Source: an uncultured Acidobacteriota bacterium
GTDB taxonomy: Bacteria; Acidobacteriota; Blastocatellia; RBC074
Reading direction: 5' to 3'
Assembly: GCA_963796275.1 (NCBI GenBank)
Contig: CAWCKY010000002.1
Coordinates: forward strand, 352,001-416,000
DNA: 64,000 bases
The notes beneath the pieces were generated by a model that searched no databases, had not been told where the DNA came from, and saw only the letters and a list, made by a program, of their open reading frames with translations. Shown one piece after another: positions 9,606 to 19,881 of the stretch. A program made the position numbers and the translations under genes. How positions within the stretch are numbered: position 1 is the first letter of the stretch; the number at the start of each line of letters is the position of its first letter.

Positions 9606-12272
9606 TTAATCGGACAAACGCACACGGACATCTATCAACGAGATTCCTGCCCCTTCCTGATGAACGATCACCGGATTTAGATCCACTTCTGCGATGCGTG
9701 GCGCTGCCTCGGCAAGGGCTCCGAGTTCGAGAAGCAAGCGTTCAAGCGCCGCCACATTGGCCCGGGGAGACCCGCGGAATCCTTGCAACAGGCGATAGGC
9801 GCGCGTCTCTCGAATCATCGCGGCAACGTCACGATCAGTCAACGGCAGTACACGAAAGACCACATCATCCAGCAATTCAACCATCACACCTCCCGAACCG
9901 AAGGCTACCAGCGGCCCGAATACGGGATCGTTTGTGATCCCGGCAAGCACTTCAACGCCCTGAGGCACCATTGGTGTTACGCTGGCTGCAGTGAGCTCGA
10001 TGCCATGGGACGATAATCGCTCGGCGAGCCGCTCGTAAGCAGCCGCCGCCTGGGCCGGCTCGATGTTGAGAAGCACACCTCCGACATCCGATTTGTGTAA
10101 GGTCATCGGCTCTTTGACCTTTATCGCTACGGGCCTACCGATGGCGGCCGCGGCCGCGGCGGCCTCCGCGGGCGACCCTACCGAACGAGTGGCAATAACA
10201 TCGATTCCTGCTGCTCCGAGAAGACGCTCTGTATCTGTATGAGCAAGCCATCCCGCGGAATTTGCAGCCATCACTTGTTCGATCGCATCCCGGTTAATCG
10301 CTACCGGCACCCGCTGCCCTGCAGGAGCTGCCCGCCACATGCCGTAACGCACTGCCGCGCTCAGGGCCGCAACGGCGCCTTCCGGAAAATCATAAACCGG
10401 CACGATCCGTTCTCCCGCTTGAATCGCCCTGGAGTGCTCGTCAAGAAAGACTGCGACGATCGGGCACAGCAAGGGCTCGCGGGCAGCAACCACATCGCTC
10501 ACGACCCGGGCGACTTCGGCTGAGGGAGTGACGAGCGGAGGAATGAAAATAATCAACAAGGCATCCAGGCCCGGTTCATCGAGCAACGCTTCCAGACACG
10601 CGCGGTACTCCTCTGGCCCGGCTCCCGCGATCATATCGACGGGATTAGCTACCGAGGCGGCCTCTGGCAGCGCATCGCGTAACCTCAATTTCGTCGCTTC
10701 GCTCAGCTTCGGCACCTCCAACCCGGCCGCTTCAGCCGCATCGACAGCCAGGATCGCGGGCCCACCGGCATTGGTCAGGATACCGACCCTTTTGCCCGCC
10801 GGGATCGGCTGCGTGGCGAGCAGACGCGCCACCGCGAAAAATTCGGCGAGCGTATCCACGCGAATGATGCCGGTCTGCGCGAATAGCGCATCGGCCGCCC
10901 GGTCGGAACTCGCGAGCGCCGCCGTGTGGCTCGAAGCAGCGCGCGCGCCGCCCGCAGTGCGACCCGATTTCACCGCGACGATCGGTTTGCGACGCGATAC
11001 CCGACGTGCGATGCGTGCGAAGCGTCGCGGATTACCGAAGCTTTCCAGATAGAGCAAGATAACATCCGTCGCATCGTCCGACTCCCAATACTGCAACAAG
11101 TCGTTGCCGGAGACGTCGGCCCGATTGCCGATGCTCACGAATGACGAAATGCCCAAACCGACCTGGCTTGCGCGATTGATCAACGCGAGGCCGAGCGCGC
11201 CGGATTGCGAGCTGATAGCGACGTTTCCAGAAGGCGGATCCATCGGTGCGAAGGTGCCAAGCAGACGTACGGTATCCGACGTATTCACCAGGCCCAGACA
11301 ATTAGGGCCGACCAGCCGCATTCCATGCGCTCGACATAAGTCGAGCAACCTTTCCTGTGCCGCACCACCGTCCGCACCAGTTTCCGCAAACCCGGCAGAT
11401 ATTACGCATACTGCCCGCACCCCGCGGTCGGCACATTGTCGCACCGCCTCGATCACCGCTGGAGCGGGGATAGCGATGAAGACCAGCTCCGGGACTTCTG
11501 GCAGGTCGGCGATAGAGGCGTAGGCGTGCACGCCAGCCACCGCGTGTGCCATTTGATTGATGGGATATACTGCGCCGGCAAATCCCCAACGTATTAGATG
11601 GCGAAATAATGCGCCACCCACCGATTGCGGATCGCGGCCGGCGCCGATCACTGCGATGGATTGTGGCGCGAGCACCGCGCGCAACGAGGCCCGCTCGGCC
11701 TCCGCTTCCTGTGCCTGTGCCCGTGAGTCTGCGATTTCACTATAGGCGATCGGGAATTCGAGATGCGTCACACCATAACTCACTGAGCTAGAAAGCCCAT
11801 AACCTGCCTTGCGAAATACCGATAACATAACGTGGTTGTCGGCCAGTACGTCAGCGCTGAAGCGGTCGATACCGTGTTCACGCGCAATCTCAGCCAATGC
11901 ATCTAATAGTGATGTGCCAATACCCCGCCGCTGGAATGCATCCTCGACGAGGAAGGAAACTTCAGCGACGTCCGGCCTATCATCCAACCTCTGGTAGTGC
12001 CCTACGGCGACTATGCGTTCATCCTCGCCCCGAATTACCACGAGGGCAACGTGGCGTGAGCCGTCGACTGACACCAGTTGATCGAGCGCTTTTTCGGGCA
12101 GCTCTTTGATGCTATGCAGGAACCGGTACCTGAGCGACTCTCGCGAGCAGCGACTCAAAAGATCCTCCAGTCCGCGACGGTCGCCGGGCTGTAAGGCGCG
12201 CAATCGAAGCATTGCGCCGTCGCGCAGGAGCAGGTCTCCGAAATTATCTAATCTAGAAATTGCCATAATCAC
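9606..12272 (-). CDS. GNAT + NDP-forming acyl-CoA synthetase-like protein (Pat-type protein lysine acetyltransferase)
   Basis: N-terminal GNAT (AEVSFLVEDAFQRRGIG); CoA-binding and ligase domains (GPNCLG, SQSGA, YLESFG, TNAGGP); ATP-grasp-like C-terminus (HKSDVGGV, EVDLNP). Confidence 0.9.
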   Translation of the reverse strand: MIMAISRLDNFGDLLLRDGAMLRLRALQPGDRRGLEDLLSRCSRESLRYRFLHSIKELPEKALDQLVSVDGSRHVALVVIRGEDERIVAVGHYQRLDDRPDVAEVSFLVEDAFQRRGIGTSLLDALAEIAREHGIDRFSADVLADNHVMLSVFRKAGYGLSSSVSYGVTHLEFPIAYSEIADSRAQAQEAEAERASLRAVLAPQSIAVIGAGRDPQSVGGALFRHLIRWGFAGAVYPINQMAHAVAGVHAYASIADLPEVPELVFIAIPAPAVIEAVRQCADRGVRAVCVISAGFAETGADGGAAQERLLDLCRAHGMRLVGPNCLGLVNTSDTVRLLGTFAPMDPPSGNVAISSQSGALGLALINRASQVGLGISSFVSIGNRADVSGNDLLQYWESDDATDVILLYLESFGNPRRFARIARRVSRRKPIVAVKSGRTAGGARAASSHTAALASSDRAADALFAQTGIIRVDTLAEFFAVARLLATQPIPAGKRVGILTNAGGPAILAVDAAEAAGLEVPKLSEATKLRLRDALPEAASVANPVDMIAGAGPEEYRACLEALLDEPGLDALLIIFIPPLVTPSAEVARVVSDVVAAREPLLCPIVAVFLDEHSRAIQAGERIVPVYDFPEGAVAALSAAVRYGMWRAAPAGQRVPVAINRDAIEQVMAANSAGWLAHTDTERLLGAAGIDVIATRSVGSPAEAAAAAAAIGRPVAIKVKEPMTLHKSDVGGVLLNIEPAQAAAAYERLAERLSSHGIELTAASVTPMVPQGVEVLAGITNDPVFGPLVAFGSGGVMVELLDDVVFRVLPLTDRDVAAMIRETRAYRLLQGFRGSPRANVAALERLLLELGALAEAAPRIAEVDLNPVIVHQEGAGISLIDVRVRLSD

Positions 12273-12694
12273 GTCGATTCAAATCTCATTGATACGGATC
12301 GATGAATTTGATGATTCTGCACAATACCGTAACTGATCTCGGAAAGGATCAGGATATCATCGGCAAATCCGCCCATAAATTTGGAAGCCTCAGCGATGTT
12401 CGGGGGAAAATATAGGGTCTTCCGTACGGACTTACGACGGCAAGCTCAAAACGATCGTTCGCCCTGTCCAATAATTCAACAATCACGCGACTGCTGTCCT
12501 GTATTCCTCGAATTCCAATAATGAAAGATTGAAAGGTGAGCGTCAATTAGTGGGTAGTGGGCAAATTATATAATTTATTTTTTCGCCCTTTAACGCGGAA
12601 CAAACGAAAACTTAGGAAACATTGCTCTTTCGCTATTTTCGTTTGTTCCGTTCCTTCTATCAGCTATGGTGTGCGTATTCGCATCGCTTTGACT

Positions 12695-14245
12695 TTAGAA
12701 GGAGAACCTCAGCAGATCGGCCAGGGTGAAAACTCCCTTCTTGGCACTGGGCAACGTCGGTGTCCAGCAGCGTTTGCGCAGAATCGAGTCCTTGCTGCGA
12801 AGTACGAGCCCGACCAGCACTTCCGCGTCGATGAGACTGCCGACCGGTCCTAGGTGCTGTCCATCTGCGCGCGCCGCGGCTTCAGCCAGAATGTAATACC
12901 AGAGCGGTGTACGGTCCAAGAATCCTCCCTGGCGTAACGCCTGTAGCTGCGTATCGCTGCCCGCAAACGTTTCGATCTCTTCCGGCGTCAGAGGGTCCTG
13001 GTTGAGCGCGCGGGCGACAGCCTGACCGGTTGGCATCCGCAGCAGATAACCGCGCAACAGATTCCGCACGGCCAGCATCGCACCGAGGCCCTGCTCAGGT
13101 ATCCCTTGAACATCGGGTAATCGAAAGAGCGGGTTCACAATTTTCGTGTCAATCCGGCGAGCCATCTGTGGTGACGATCCTAAATCGATAATGTTCTCCC
13201 ATTGGATGATCCAGTTCTCGGGCACCGTTGGTGTTCCTCCCAGCTGTCCGCTGAGGGCAGTGAATGTAAATAGAAGACCGAGTGTCGCAGGCGCAGATGG
13301 CGGCCCATTGAGATTGAAATTGAGATTGAAGTTGTAGGCCTCTCTCACCATGCTATGCCCAAACCGATAGGCTGCCACCGAGAATTCCAACGGCAGGAAG
13401 AAAGGCTCGTCCATCGCGTCGTATACGCAGCCACGATTGAGGAAGACTCGATCGACAATTTGCGGATCGGCGATCCGTCTCAAGAAGTCCTGGAGAACGA
13501 TGTGCTGATAATGCTGGCGCAGAATGGTTCTCGCTTCATGAAAACTTTTTCCCTGGTCGATCAGCTTGTTATGTGCGCGAAGGAATGCGACGTGCAGTTG
13601 CCCGATAATCAGATTTTCATCATTACGCGGGTCGCCGGTGATTGCGGCGCGATCATGCGCAGGATCGCTATTCGGGGCCTCCCGCGGAAGGTCATTAAAG
13701 TCGTCTTTATTCGGCGGCCGAAGCAGTGGGATACCAGTACCGTTGAGCGGAGTCACCGTCCCCAGTCGCATCTTGTCGCCGTCCCTCGGCGCCGGGAGTG
13801 CATAGACGCTGTCCAAGTCCAGGGTTGCGGTCCGCGCATTTTGTATTCTCCTGCGAATCTCTTTGACCGGAAGCGGCCTCAAATTCGGATCGATCAAATT
13901 GGGCAGCGGAGCTGAAACTGTCTCCAGCGTGGCGTCATGATCTACGAATTGGCCGAAGTATGTGTAAGCCGCAGGAATATTGGAATCACCATCGATGCTT
14001 CCGGGATTGCCGTCGATCATGGTCTGACCGAGCTGAACCAGACTGTCTCGCGTCTCTCGCGATTCGGGTAACAGGTTGTCGGGGTCCTTCTGCAGGCTCG
14101 GAAATAGAAAATCGAAGTTTTGCAAATCGTCCGGCCGTATTGAGGCAAACGCCAACGGAATATCGGCGCTGCGACCCGTTAGAGTCCTGCGCGCTTCGCC
14201 TAATTGGTCAATTGTAATAACAGATCCGTGTGGTAAACGTGGCAT
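12695..14245 (-). CDS. Heme peroxidase, animal-peroxidase-like bacterial family
   Basis: YTYFGQFVDHD, GDPRNDEN, AAYRFGHS, RNLLRG, PLWYYILAEA; RBS GGAGG. Confidence 0.88.
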   Translation of the reverse strand: MPRLPHGSVITIDQLGEARRTLTGRSADIPLAFASIRPDDLQNFDFLFPSLQKDPDNLLPESRETRDSLVQLGQTMIDGNPGSIDGDSNIPAAYTYFGQFVDHDATLETVSAPLPNLIDPNLRPLPVKEIRRRIQNARTATLDLDSVYALPAPRDGDKMRLGTVTPLNGTGIPLLRPPNKDDFNDLPREAPNSDPAHDRAAITGDPRNDENLIIGQLHVAFLRAHNKLIDQGKSFHEARTILRQHYQHIVLQDFLRRIADPQIVDRVFLNRGCVYDAMDEPFFLPLEFSVAAYRFGHSMVREAYNFNLNFNLNGPPSAPATLGLLFTFTALSGQLGGTPTVPENWIIQWENIIDLGSSPQMARRIDTKIVNPLFRLPDVQGIPEQGLGAMLAVRNLLRGYLLRMPTGQAVARALNQDPLTPEEIETFAGSDTQLQALRQGGFLDRTPLWYYILAEAAARADGQHLGPVGSLIDAEVLVGLVLRSKDSILRKRCWTPTLPSAKKGVFTLADLLRFSF

Positions 14246-14468
14246 GTACGATTCCTCCTAAGACTGAGTTAATTAACATCAAAGCTTCGACTAGACCATT
14301 CGTAAACGGTTGATCTGTCTTAGCTACCCTGGATAGAAAGCGCCTGACACCATTGGTAAGAAGTCACTTTCATTCTGAATTCGGTTAACTGTAACCTGTA
14401 GGTGTTATCAACGCATCAATATTACATATCGACGTCTTGTATAAATGTTACATGTCAACATTACGTAA

Positions 14469-14512
14469 CAACGCTAGGTTTCAACGCTATGTTTCAACGC
14501 AGTTTCAACTGC
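14469..14512. repeat. Short degenerate direct repeat upstream of the peroxidase
   Basis: CAACGCTAGGTTT CAACGCTATGTTT CAACGCAGTTT CAACTGC. Confidence 0.6.
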
Positions 14513-14828
14513 TAACCGCTGATCACATAACATCCTTATCGAAGATCTGAGGCCGAGTGTGTAGTGAGAAATATCGCGGATGAAAATCAATTAGTGTGTT
14601 CGCTGAGCTGTACACTGCTCGAACAGGTACAGAAACCGATATAATCACGATTTGAGAAACAAGTCAATAACCTTTCTCTATAGCTTTTGGTTGATGTGGT
14701 TAATTCGAGCGTAATAAGAGCAGTATTCCTTATCGGATATTGAGAAGAACATTTTTATATCACTACGACTAACACCGGGACTCCGGAGAGGATTCGGAGT
14801 TATCGATAACAATTGTAAATGCTTCAAT

Positions 14829-15668
14829 TTATTTTCCGGGTTCGACATAATAGCAGGATAAATATAACTCGATCAGTTCTTCCAATGTTCCGACACCTTG
14901 GTTATTTATCGGACAAAATTCAACAATGCTGAATCCAAGAATTTTGAAATTGTCCTTCAATTCATTCACCAACTTCAAAAGCGCGTCGAAAGATATGCCG
15001 GCCGGTGTAGGACATTTTACATATGGGAATTGATGCGGATCCAGAACATCAAGATCTAAGTGAATATATATTTGGTCGAACCCTCTATGTTTAATTGAGT
15101 TGACGATGGCGCTGGACCGTTGTCGAACATCTGCAACACTGAACAGCGTGATCTGTTCCCGATCGACAAAGCGTTGTTCAGGAGGGTCGAGATCTCTGCA
15201 ACCAACCAGGAATATCTGTTTTCCGTGAAAGTTGGAGAAAGCCAATCTCCGTATAGTGTCGGCACCTTCCCCGAGCAGTGATCTTAATACCATGCCGTGG
15301 AAATGACCGCTGGGCGATGAATCCGGCGTGTTCAGGTCTCCGTGAGCATCCAACCAGATTAGCCCCAGGTTTCCACCACTTTTTTTATTCAAGTATGAAG
15401 CGGGTGCGATTTCAATCCCACAATCCCCACCTATAGAAAAGATACGATCTGGGTTGGCATCATTTATCTTGCCGGCAGCTGTCAGGAGCTGTTTGGCGAT
15501 CTGAGAACACGCAAAGACGCCGCTTTTAACGTCCGGTCTGGCAGAATCATCGATGTCAATTTCTGTAAACCGAACTAAGTCTTGCAACCGCTCTTTGAGT
15601 AAGAGCGCGCCGTTATAGAGTTCATTGGTGGCACCCGATCCCTGCCACTGTGGAAATAGTAAGTGCAT
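14829..15668 (-). CDS. Arginase/ureohydrolase family protein
   Basis: GGDCG, WLDAHGDLNTP, GHFHGM, HLDLDVLDP. Confidence 0.9.
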   Translation of the reverse strand: MHLLFPQWQGSGATNELYNGALLLKERLQDLVRFTEIDIDDSARPDVKSGVFACSQIAKQLLTAAGKINDANPDRIFSIGGDCGIEIAPASYLNKKSGGNLGLIWLDAHGDLNTPDSSPSGHFHGMVLRSLLGEGADTIRRLAFSNFHGKQIFLVGCRDLDPPEQRFVDREQITLFSVADVRQRSSAIVNSIKHRGFDQIYIHLDLDVLDPHQFPYVKCPTPAGISFDALLKLVNELKDNFKILGFSIVEFCPINNQGVGTLEELIELYLSCYYVEPGK

Positions 15669-15726
15669 ATGTAATAACTATGGGTGGCCGGCCCGATTCA
15701 TCGGCGATTCTGCGGGGGCAAATAGG

Positions 15727-15795
15727 CCAGCCGTTTGACGGTGCAGTTTGACGGCTGGTTACGTGAAGGATGTATTTCCAGCCCGTTTCAACGGG
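15727..15795. repeat. REP-like palindromes
   Basis: CCAGCCGT...ACGGCTGG and CCCGTT-TC-AACGGG inverted repeats in the intergenic DNA. Confidence 0.45.
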
Positions 15796-15866
15796 ATTGT
15801 TCACCTGGCTTGAGCCATTTCTCGTTCACGGGTGGCTAAAGTCAGGACTGAAAGAAGGCTGAGCAC

Positions 15867-17297
15867 CTACACCAGATCGGTAATTACACTGCCGCGTATC
15901 TCTGTCAGACGTTCCTCGCGACCCTGGTGCAGGTAGCTCAATGCATCCTGACTTAGCCCCAACTGATGCAGGATCGTCGTATGGATATCGCGAAAATGAA
16001 CCGGTTTCTCCACCGCTCGCAGACCTATCTCATCTGTAGCGCCGTATACCTGTCCTCGCCGAATACCGCCGCCCGCCATCAGCATGGTGAAGCCCAGATT
16101 GTGGTGGTCGCGCCCTTTGCTTCCCTGCGATTCGGGCGAACGACCGAATTCTCCCCCAATCAAAACCAGCGTTGAATCGAGCAGTCCGCGCCGTTTTAGA
16201 TCCGTGAGCAGCGCAGCCATAGGCTGGTCAGTCTGTGCGGCCATGCGAAGATGGTTCTCCTCTATATCGTCATGCGCGTCCCATTGCAGATTCCCAGTGC
16301 CACCGCCCGAGACCGGACAGACGAACCGCACTCCCTTTTCGACAAGTCGCCGCGCGAGCAGACAACGCCTGCCGTAATCGTCCGTCGGCTTCTTTCCGAT
16401 GCCGTACAGATCGAGGGTCTCCTGCGGTTCGTTCGAGAGGTCGAATATTTCCGGCGCTTCTGTCTGCATCTTGAACGCGAGGTCGTATGCGTTGAGACGT
16501 GCAGAGAATTCCGCATCGTCCGGATCCATATCGAGTTGATTAAGCTGTTTCAGAAGTCCGAGCGTTTTGCGTCGCTCACTCAGCGAAATACCTTTCGGCA
16601 GATCCAAATTCAACACCGGACGGTCGCCCGGGCGGAAGAGGGTTGGCTGATAGATCGACGGTAGAAACCCATTGGCGTACATAGGTGCTCCGGCCTCCTG
16701 AGCTCCCATTGGATCGGGCAGCACGACGTAGGCCGGCAGCGACTCGGCTTCCGATCCCAGACCGTAGATCACCCAGGAACCCATGCTCGGAAATCCGGGT
16801 ATTACTCTGCCCGTGAATAATTGGTATTGCGCGGCGGAGTGAACCACCATGTCGCCATGACACGATCTGATGATCGCCATGTCATCCACGCGTTGTGCGA
16901 GGTGTGGGAATAGATCCGAGACTTCGATTCCGCTTTCGCCATACTTCTTGAACGTGCGCTTCGTGCCCAGCAGCTTGGCTTCATTGGTCACAAACTGATA
17001 TTTCGCTTCACCGAAACTCGCGGGGCGCTTCTGACCATGCAATTTATTCAGCAGGGGTTTGGGGTCGAAGGTCTCCAGGTGGCTGGGACCGCCGCTGAGA
17101 AAGAGGAAGATTACCGACTTGGCCTTGGCAGGCATGAGCGGTTGCTTGGGCGCCAGTGGATTCTCCTGTTGAATTATGGATTGGGCGCGCGCCTGTTCCT
17201 GCGCGATCAGTGCGCCAAACGCCAACGCGCCAAATCCACCGCAAGCATCGCGCAGAAATTCCCGCCGGTTGCGAGTGATGCGAATATGCTCAGTCAT
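15867..17297 (-). CDS. DUF1501 domain protein
   Basis: Twin-Arg RREFL; KSVIFLFLSGGPSHLETFDPKP; CLLARRLVEKGVRFV; WDAH; GGEFGRSP; GRDH. Confidence 0.92.
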   Translation of the reverse strand: MTEHIRITRNRREFLRDACGGFGALAFGALIAQEQARAQSIIQQENPLAPKQPLMPAKAKSVIFLFLSGGPSHLETFDPKPLLNKLHGQKRPASFGEAKYQFVTNEAKLLGTKRTFKKYGESGIEVSDLFPHLAQRVDDMAIIRSCHGDMVVHSAAQYQLFTGRVIPGFPSMGSWVIYGLGSEAESLPAYVVLPDPMGAQEAGAPMYANGFLPSIYQPTLFRPGDRPVLNLDLPKGISLSERRKTLGLLKQLNQLDMDPDDAEFSARLNAYDLAFKMQTEAPEIFDLSNEPQETLDLYGIGKKPTDDYGRRCLLARRLVEKGVRFVCPVSGGGTGNLQWDAHDDIEENHLRMAAQTDQPMAALLTDLKRRGLLDSTLVLIGGEFGRSPESQGSKGRDHHNLGFTMLMAGGGIRRGQVYGATDEIGLRAVEKPVHFRDIHTTILHQLGLSQDALSYLHQGREERLTEIRGSVITDLV

Positions 17298-17382
17298 GGT
17301 AGCCTTCCTTTCCTTCTTCTATGCCAAATCACATATGACAATTCACAAGAAATCGTTTCTCGGGTTTTATTGATCCTCTATG

Positions 17383-19428
17383 TCAATTCACATACAAAAA
17401 GGAGTTCAAATTCAAGAGCGTCAGTGTGAACTCACGCCTCGGTTGAGTCTTCAGGAAATCCAGAGCCGCTTGAATTTCTTTGGGTCTGGCTGGGCGTCCG
17501 GTTACAAGCCGGTATCCCAGATCGATTTGCTGACGTAGATGGGGCCCGGCCTCCGCTTCCAGTCGGCGGGCGAACGCCTCGGCCTGCTCGTTGGCGAAGG
17601 TCCCGTTGAGCAGTTCCAGCGCCTGCGGCGCGTGCGTACTCGATTCTCGCCGCGGGCAACTCACCTGCATATCCGGCGCATCGAAGACCTCCATAAAGGG
17701 CAGCCGCAGATTTCGTTTGGCGATCAGATAAATACTGCGGCGGGTGTGCTCAGCAGGATCTTTCGCGGGCGCCCATTGAGATGGTTTGTAAAGCATTTTG
17801 ACTAGTTCCTGATCGATCGGAACCATCACGCTCGGGCCACCCTGTTTGGTGTTGAGAGTTCCCGCCACTGTCAGCATCGCATCGCGAATCTGTTCCGCTT
17901 CCAGACGCTGACGATTGAATCTCCATAAGAGTTTGTTCTCAGGGTCCTTCTCCATCGCCCGCGCCTTGAGAGCCGCGTCAGCCGGTAGTCTGGAAGATTG
18001 TTGATATGTGTTGCTGTTCAGGATAAGCCGGTGAATCTGCTTGATGCTGAAGCCTCCGGAGACGAATTCGTTCGCCAGATAATCGAGTAAAGCGGGATGC
18101 GATGGGCGGCCTCCCATCCGGCCGAAATCATTGGGAGTCGCGACGATTCCGCGACCGAAATGGTACTGCCATATCCGGTTCACCAATACCCGTGCGGTCA
18201 GTGGGTTTTCCGGGGCGGAGATCCATTTGGCGAGCACTGTGCGAGGTTTTTCGGTGTCCTCCGGCAACTCTGGCGCTCCCTCCGGAAGCAATACGCCGAG
18301 CGGACGCATTCCCACTCGATCACCTTTGAGGCTGTAGTCGCCTCGCTCCAACAGATGTATGGGTGACTTCTTCTCCGGCATATCGACGACGCTGTGAAGC
18401 GCGGGCAACGGCTCCGGCATTTTATCCTGTAAGGTCTCCAGCTTTTTCGTCAGGGTTTCTTTCATGTCGAGCGAGGCCGCATCCTGCTTGCCTCCCAGCC
18501 GTTTTATGGCAGCCGTGACGGTTTTCATCTCCTGCTCGATCGGCTCCGCTCTGGCTTTCCATGCCGCTTGTTGTTCGGGAGTTGCCTTCAACACGTCCTT
18601 GTCATAGACGGTGGCGAAATATGCTTGAATACGATAGTAATCGCTCTGGCGGATAGGGTCGAATTTGTGATTGTGACAGCGAGCGCACCCCAAGGTCACG
18701 CCGAGCAGGGCCGCCCCGACAGCGTTGGTCATCTCGGTCAACACCTCGTTTCGGCTGCTCGCCACCTCCTGATTTCCCGCGTTTTTCCGAAGAGGACCCA
18801 GTCGGTTGAAACCGGAGGCGATCAGCGCATCATCCTTATATTCCGGCTGAACATCAGGCGCTGGTCCGATTTCGTCACCGGCCAGCTGCTCCATCACGAA
18901 GCGATCGAAAGGTTTGTCGTCATTGAAGGCGCGAATAACGTAATCACGATACCGCCAGGCTTCTCTCCGATGCGTGTCGTACTCGAATCCATCCGATTCG
19001 GCAAAGCGAACGACGTCTAGCCAATGCTGCCCCCAACGCTCGCCGTAATGCGGATTGGACAGGAGTTTCTCTACCAGGTTTTTCCAGGCGTTCGGCGATT
19101 TATCGGCGAGGAACTCCTCGACCTCGCTAGGCGATGGCGGAAGACCGATCATGTCAAAGTAAACGCGCCTGATCAGCGTCGCCCTATCGGCGCGCGGGGA
19201 AGGTCTGAGCTTATCCTTCTCCAGTCGCTGTAATATAAAAGCGTCGATGGGATTCTTCACCCAATCATTATCGGAAGCGATAGAAAACGCCGGAACGACA
19301 GGCGCATCCCGTTTCACGAAAGCCCAATGCCCTCGCTCGCGTTGAGTATATGTTCCGAGCGGGGCGATCTCCGAAGCCATCGCCAGCGAGACCAGCATAA
19401 CCATACAAACAAACAGTTTTAAGCGCAT
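17383..19428 (-). CDS. DUF1549/DUF1553 (PSD1) domain protein
   Basis: NPIDAFI, HYGERWGQHWLDVVRFAESDG, CARCH, NPLTARVLVNRIWQYHFG. Start placed at MRLKLF after GGAGGGG. Confidence 0.9.
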   Translation of the reverse strand: MRLKLFVCMVMLVSLAMASEIAPLGTYTQRERGHWAFVKRDAPVVPAFSIASDNDWVKNPIDAFILQRLEKDKLRPSPRADRATLIRRVYFDMIGLPPSPSEVEEFLADKSPNAWKNLVEKLLSNPHYGERWGQHWLDVVRFAESDGFEYDTHRREAWRYRDYVIRAFNDDKPFDRFVMEQLAGDEIGPAPDVQPEYKDDALIASGFNRLGPLRKNAGNQEVASSRNEVLTEMTNAVGAALLGVTLGCARCHNHKFDPIRQSDYYRIQAYFATVYDKDVLKATPEQQAAWKARAEPIEQEMKTVTAAIKRLGGKQDAASLDMKETLTKKLETLQDKMPEPLPALHSVVDMPEKKSPIHLLERGDYSLKGDRVGMRPLGVLLPEGAPELPEDTEKPRTVLAKWISAPENPLTARVLVNRIWQYHFGRGIVATPNDFGRMGGRPSHPALLDYLANEFVSGGFSIKQIHRLILNSNTYQQSSRLPADAALKARAMEKDPENKLLWRFNRQRLEAEQIRDAMLTVAGTLNTKQGGPSVMVPIDQELVKMLYKPSQWAPAKDPAEHTRRSIYLIAKRNLRLPFMEVFDAPDMQVSCPRRESSTHAPQALELLNGTFANEQAEAFARRLEAEAGPHLRQQIDLGYRLVTGRPARPKEIQAALDFLKTQPRREFTLTLLNLNSFLYVN

Positions 19429-19881
19429 CGCAGCCCCTCCGTCGTTTGTCTTCAAATGAATAAGAAAGCTTCTATCTTGGGAATTACGTTCATAATATTG
19501 TGCCAGGCGCCCGTAAGTCAATTTTTATGAAGAAGAAGAAATCGATATAGCTCTAGGTTCGCGAGCCCATCGGCGAGAATCCGCCATTACCGATTGCCAA
19601 GAACGCTTCCAGCTTCCCTTCTCTCGATCGATGACGGACACCATTAGCCCAATCGCCGAAACAACCTCTAGTCGAGTGAACTGGCACACTGAGACATAAA
19701 TCGCGCGCTTTCTTTGTCATTAGTCGATTTATTCGCTCGCTATCGAATCAAATGCAGGACTAATTCGGGTGAATCCCAGAGGATTAGCATTCTGTTACTT
19801 GCGGGAAGTCTCGCGATGTGATACAAGGACGCCCCAAACCGAACATCTTCAAGACATCTTCAATCTTCGATGGGGGGCTTT

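Noticed and set aside
14469-14512. GTTGAAAC units on the minus strand resembling CRISPR repeat ends
   Set aside because: The period is only 11-13 bp, there are no spacers, and no cas genes are in the window.
19681-19696. CTGGCAC as a sigma54 promoter for the second TonB receptor
   Set aside because: No GC or TTG at the -12 position.
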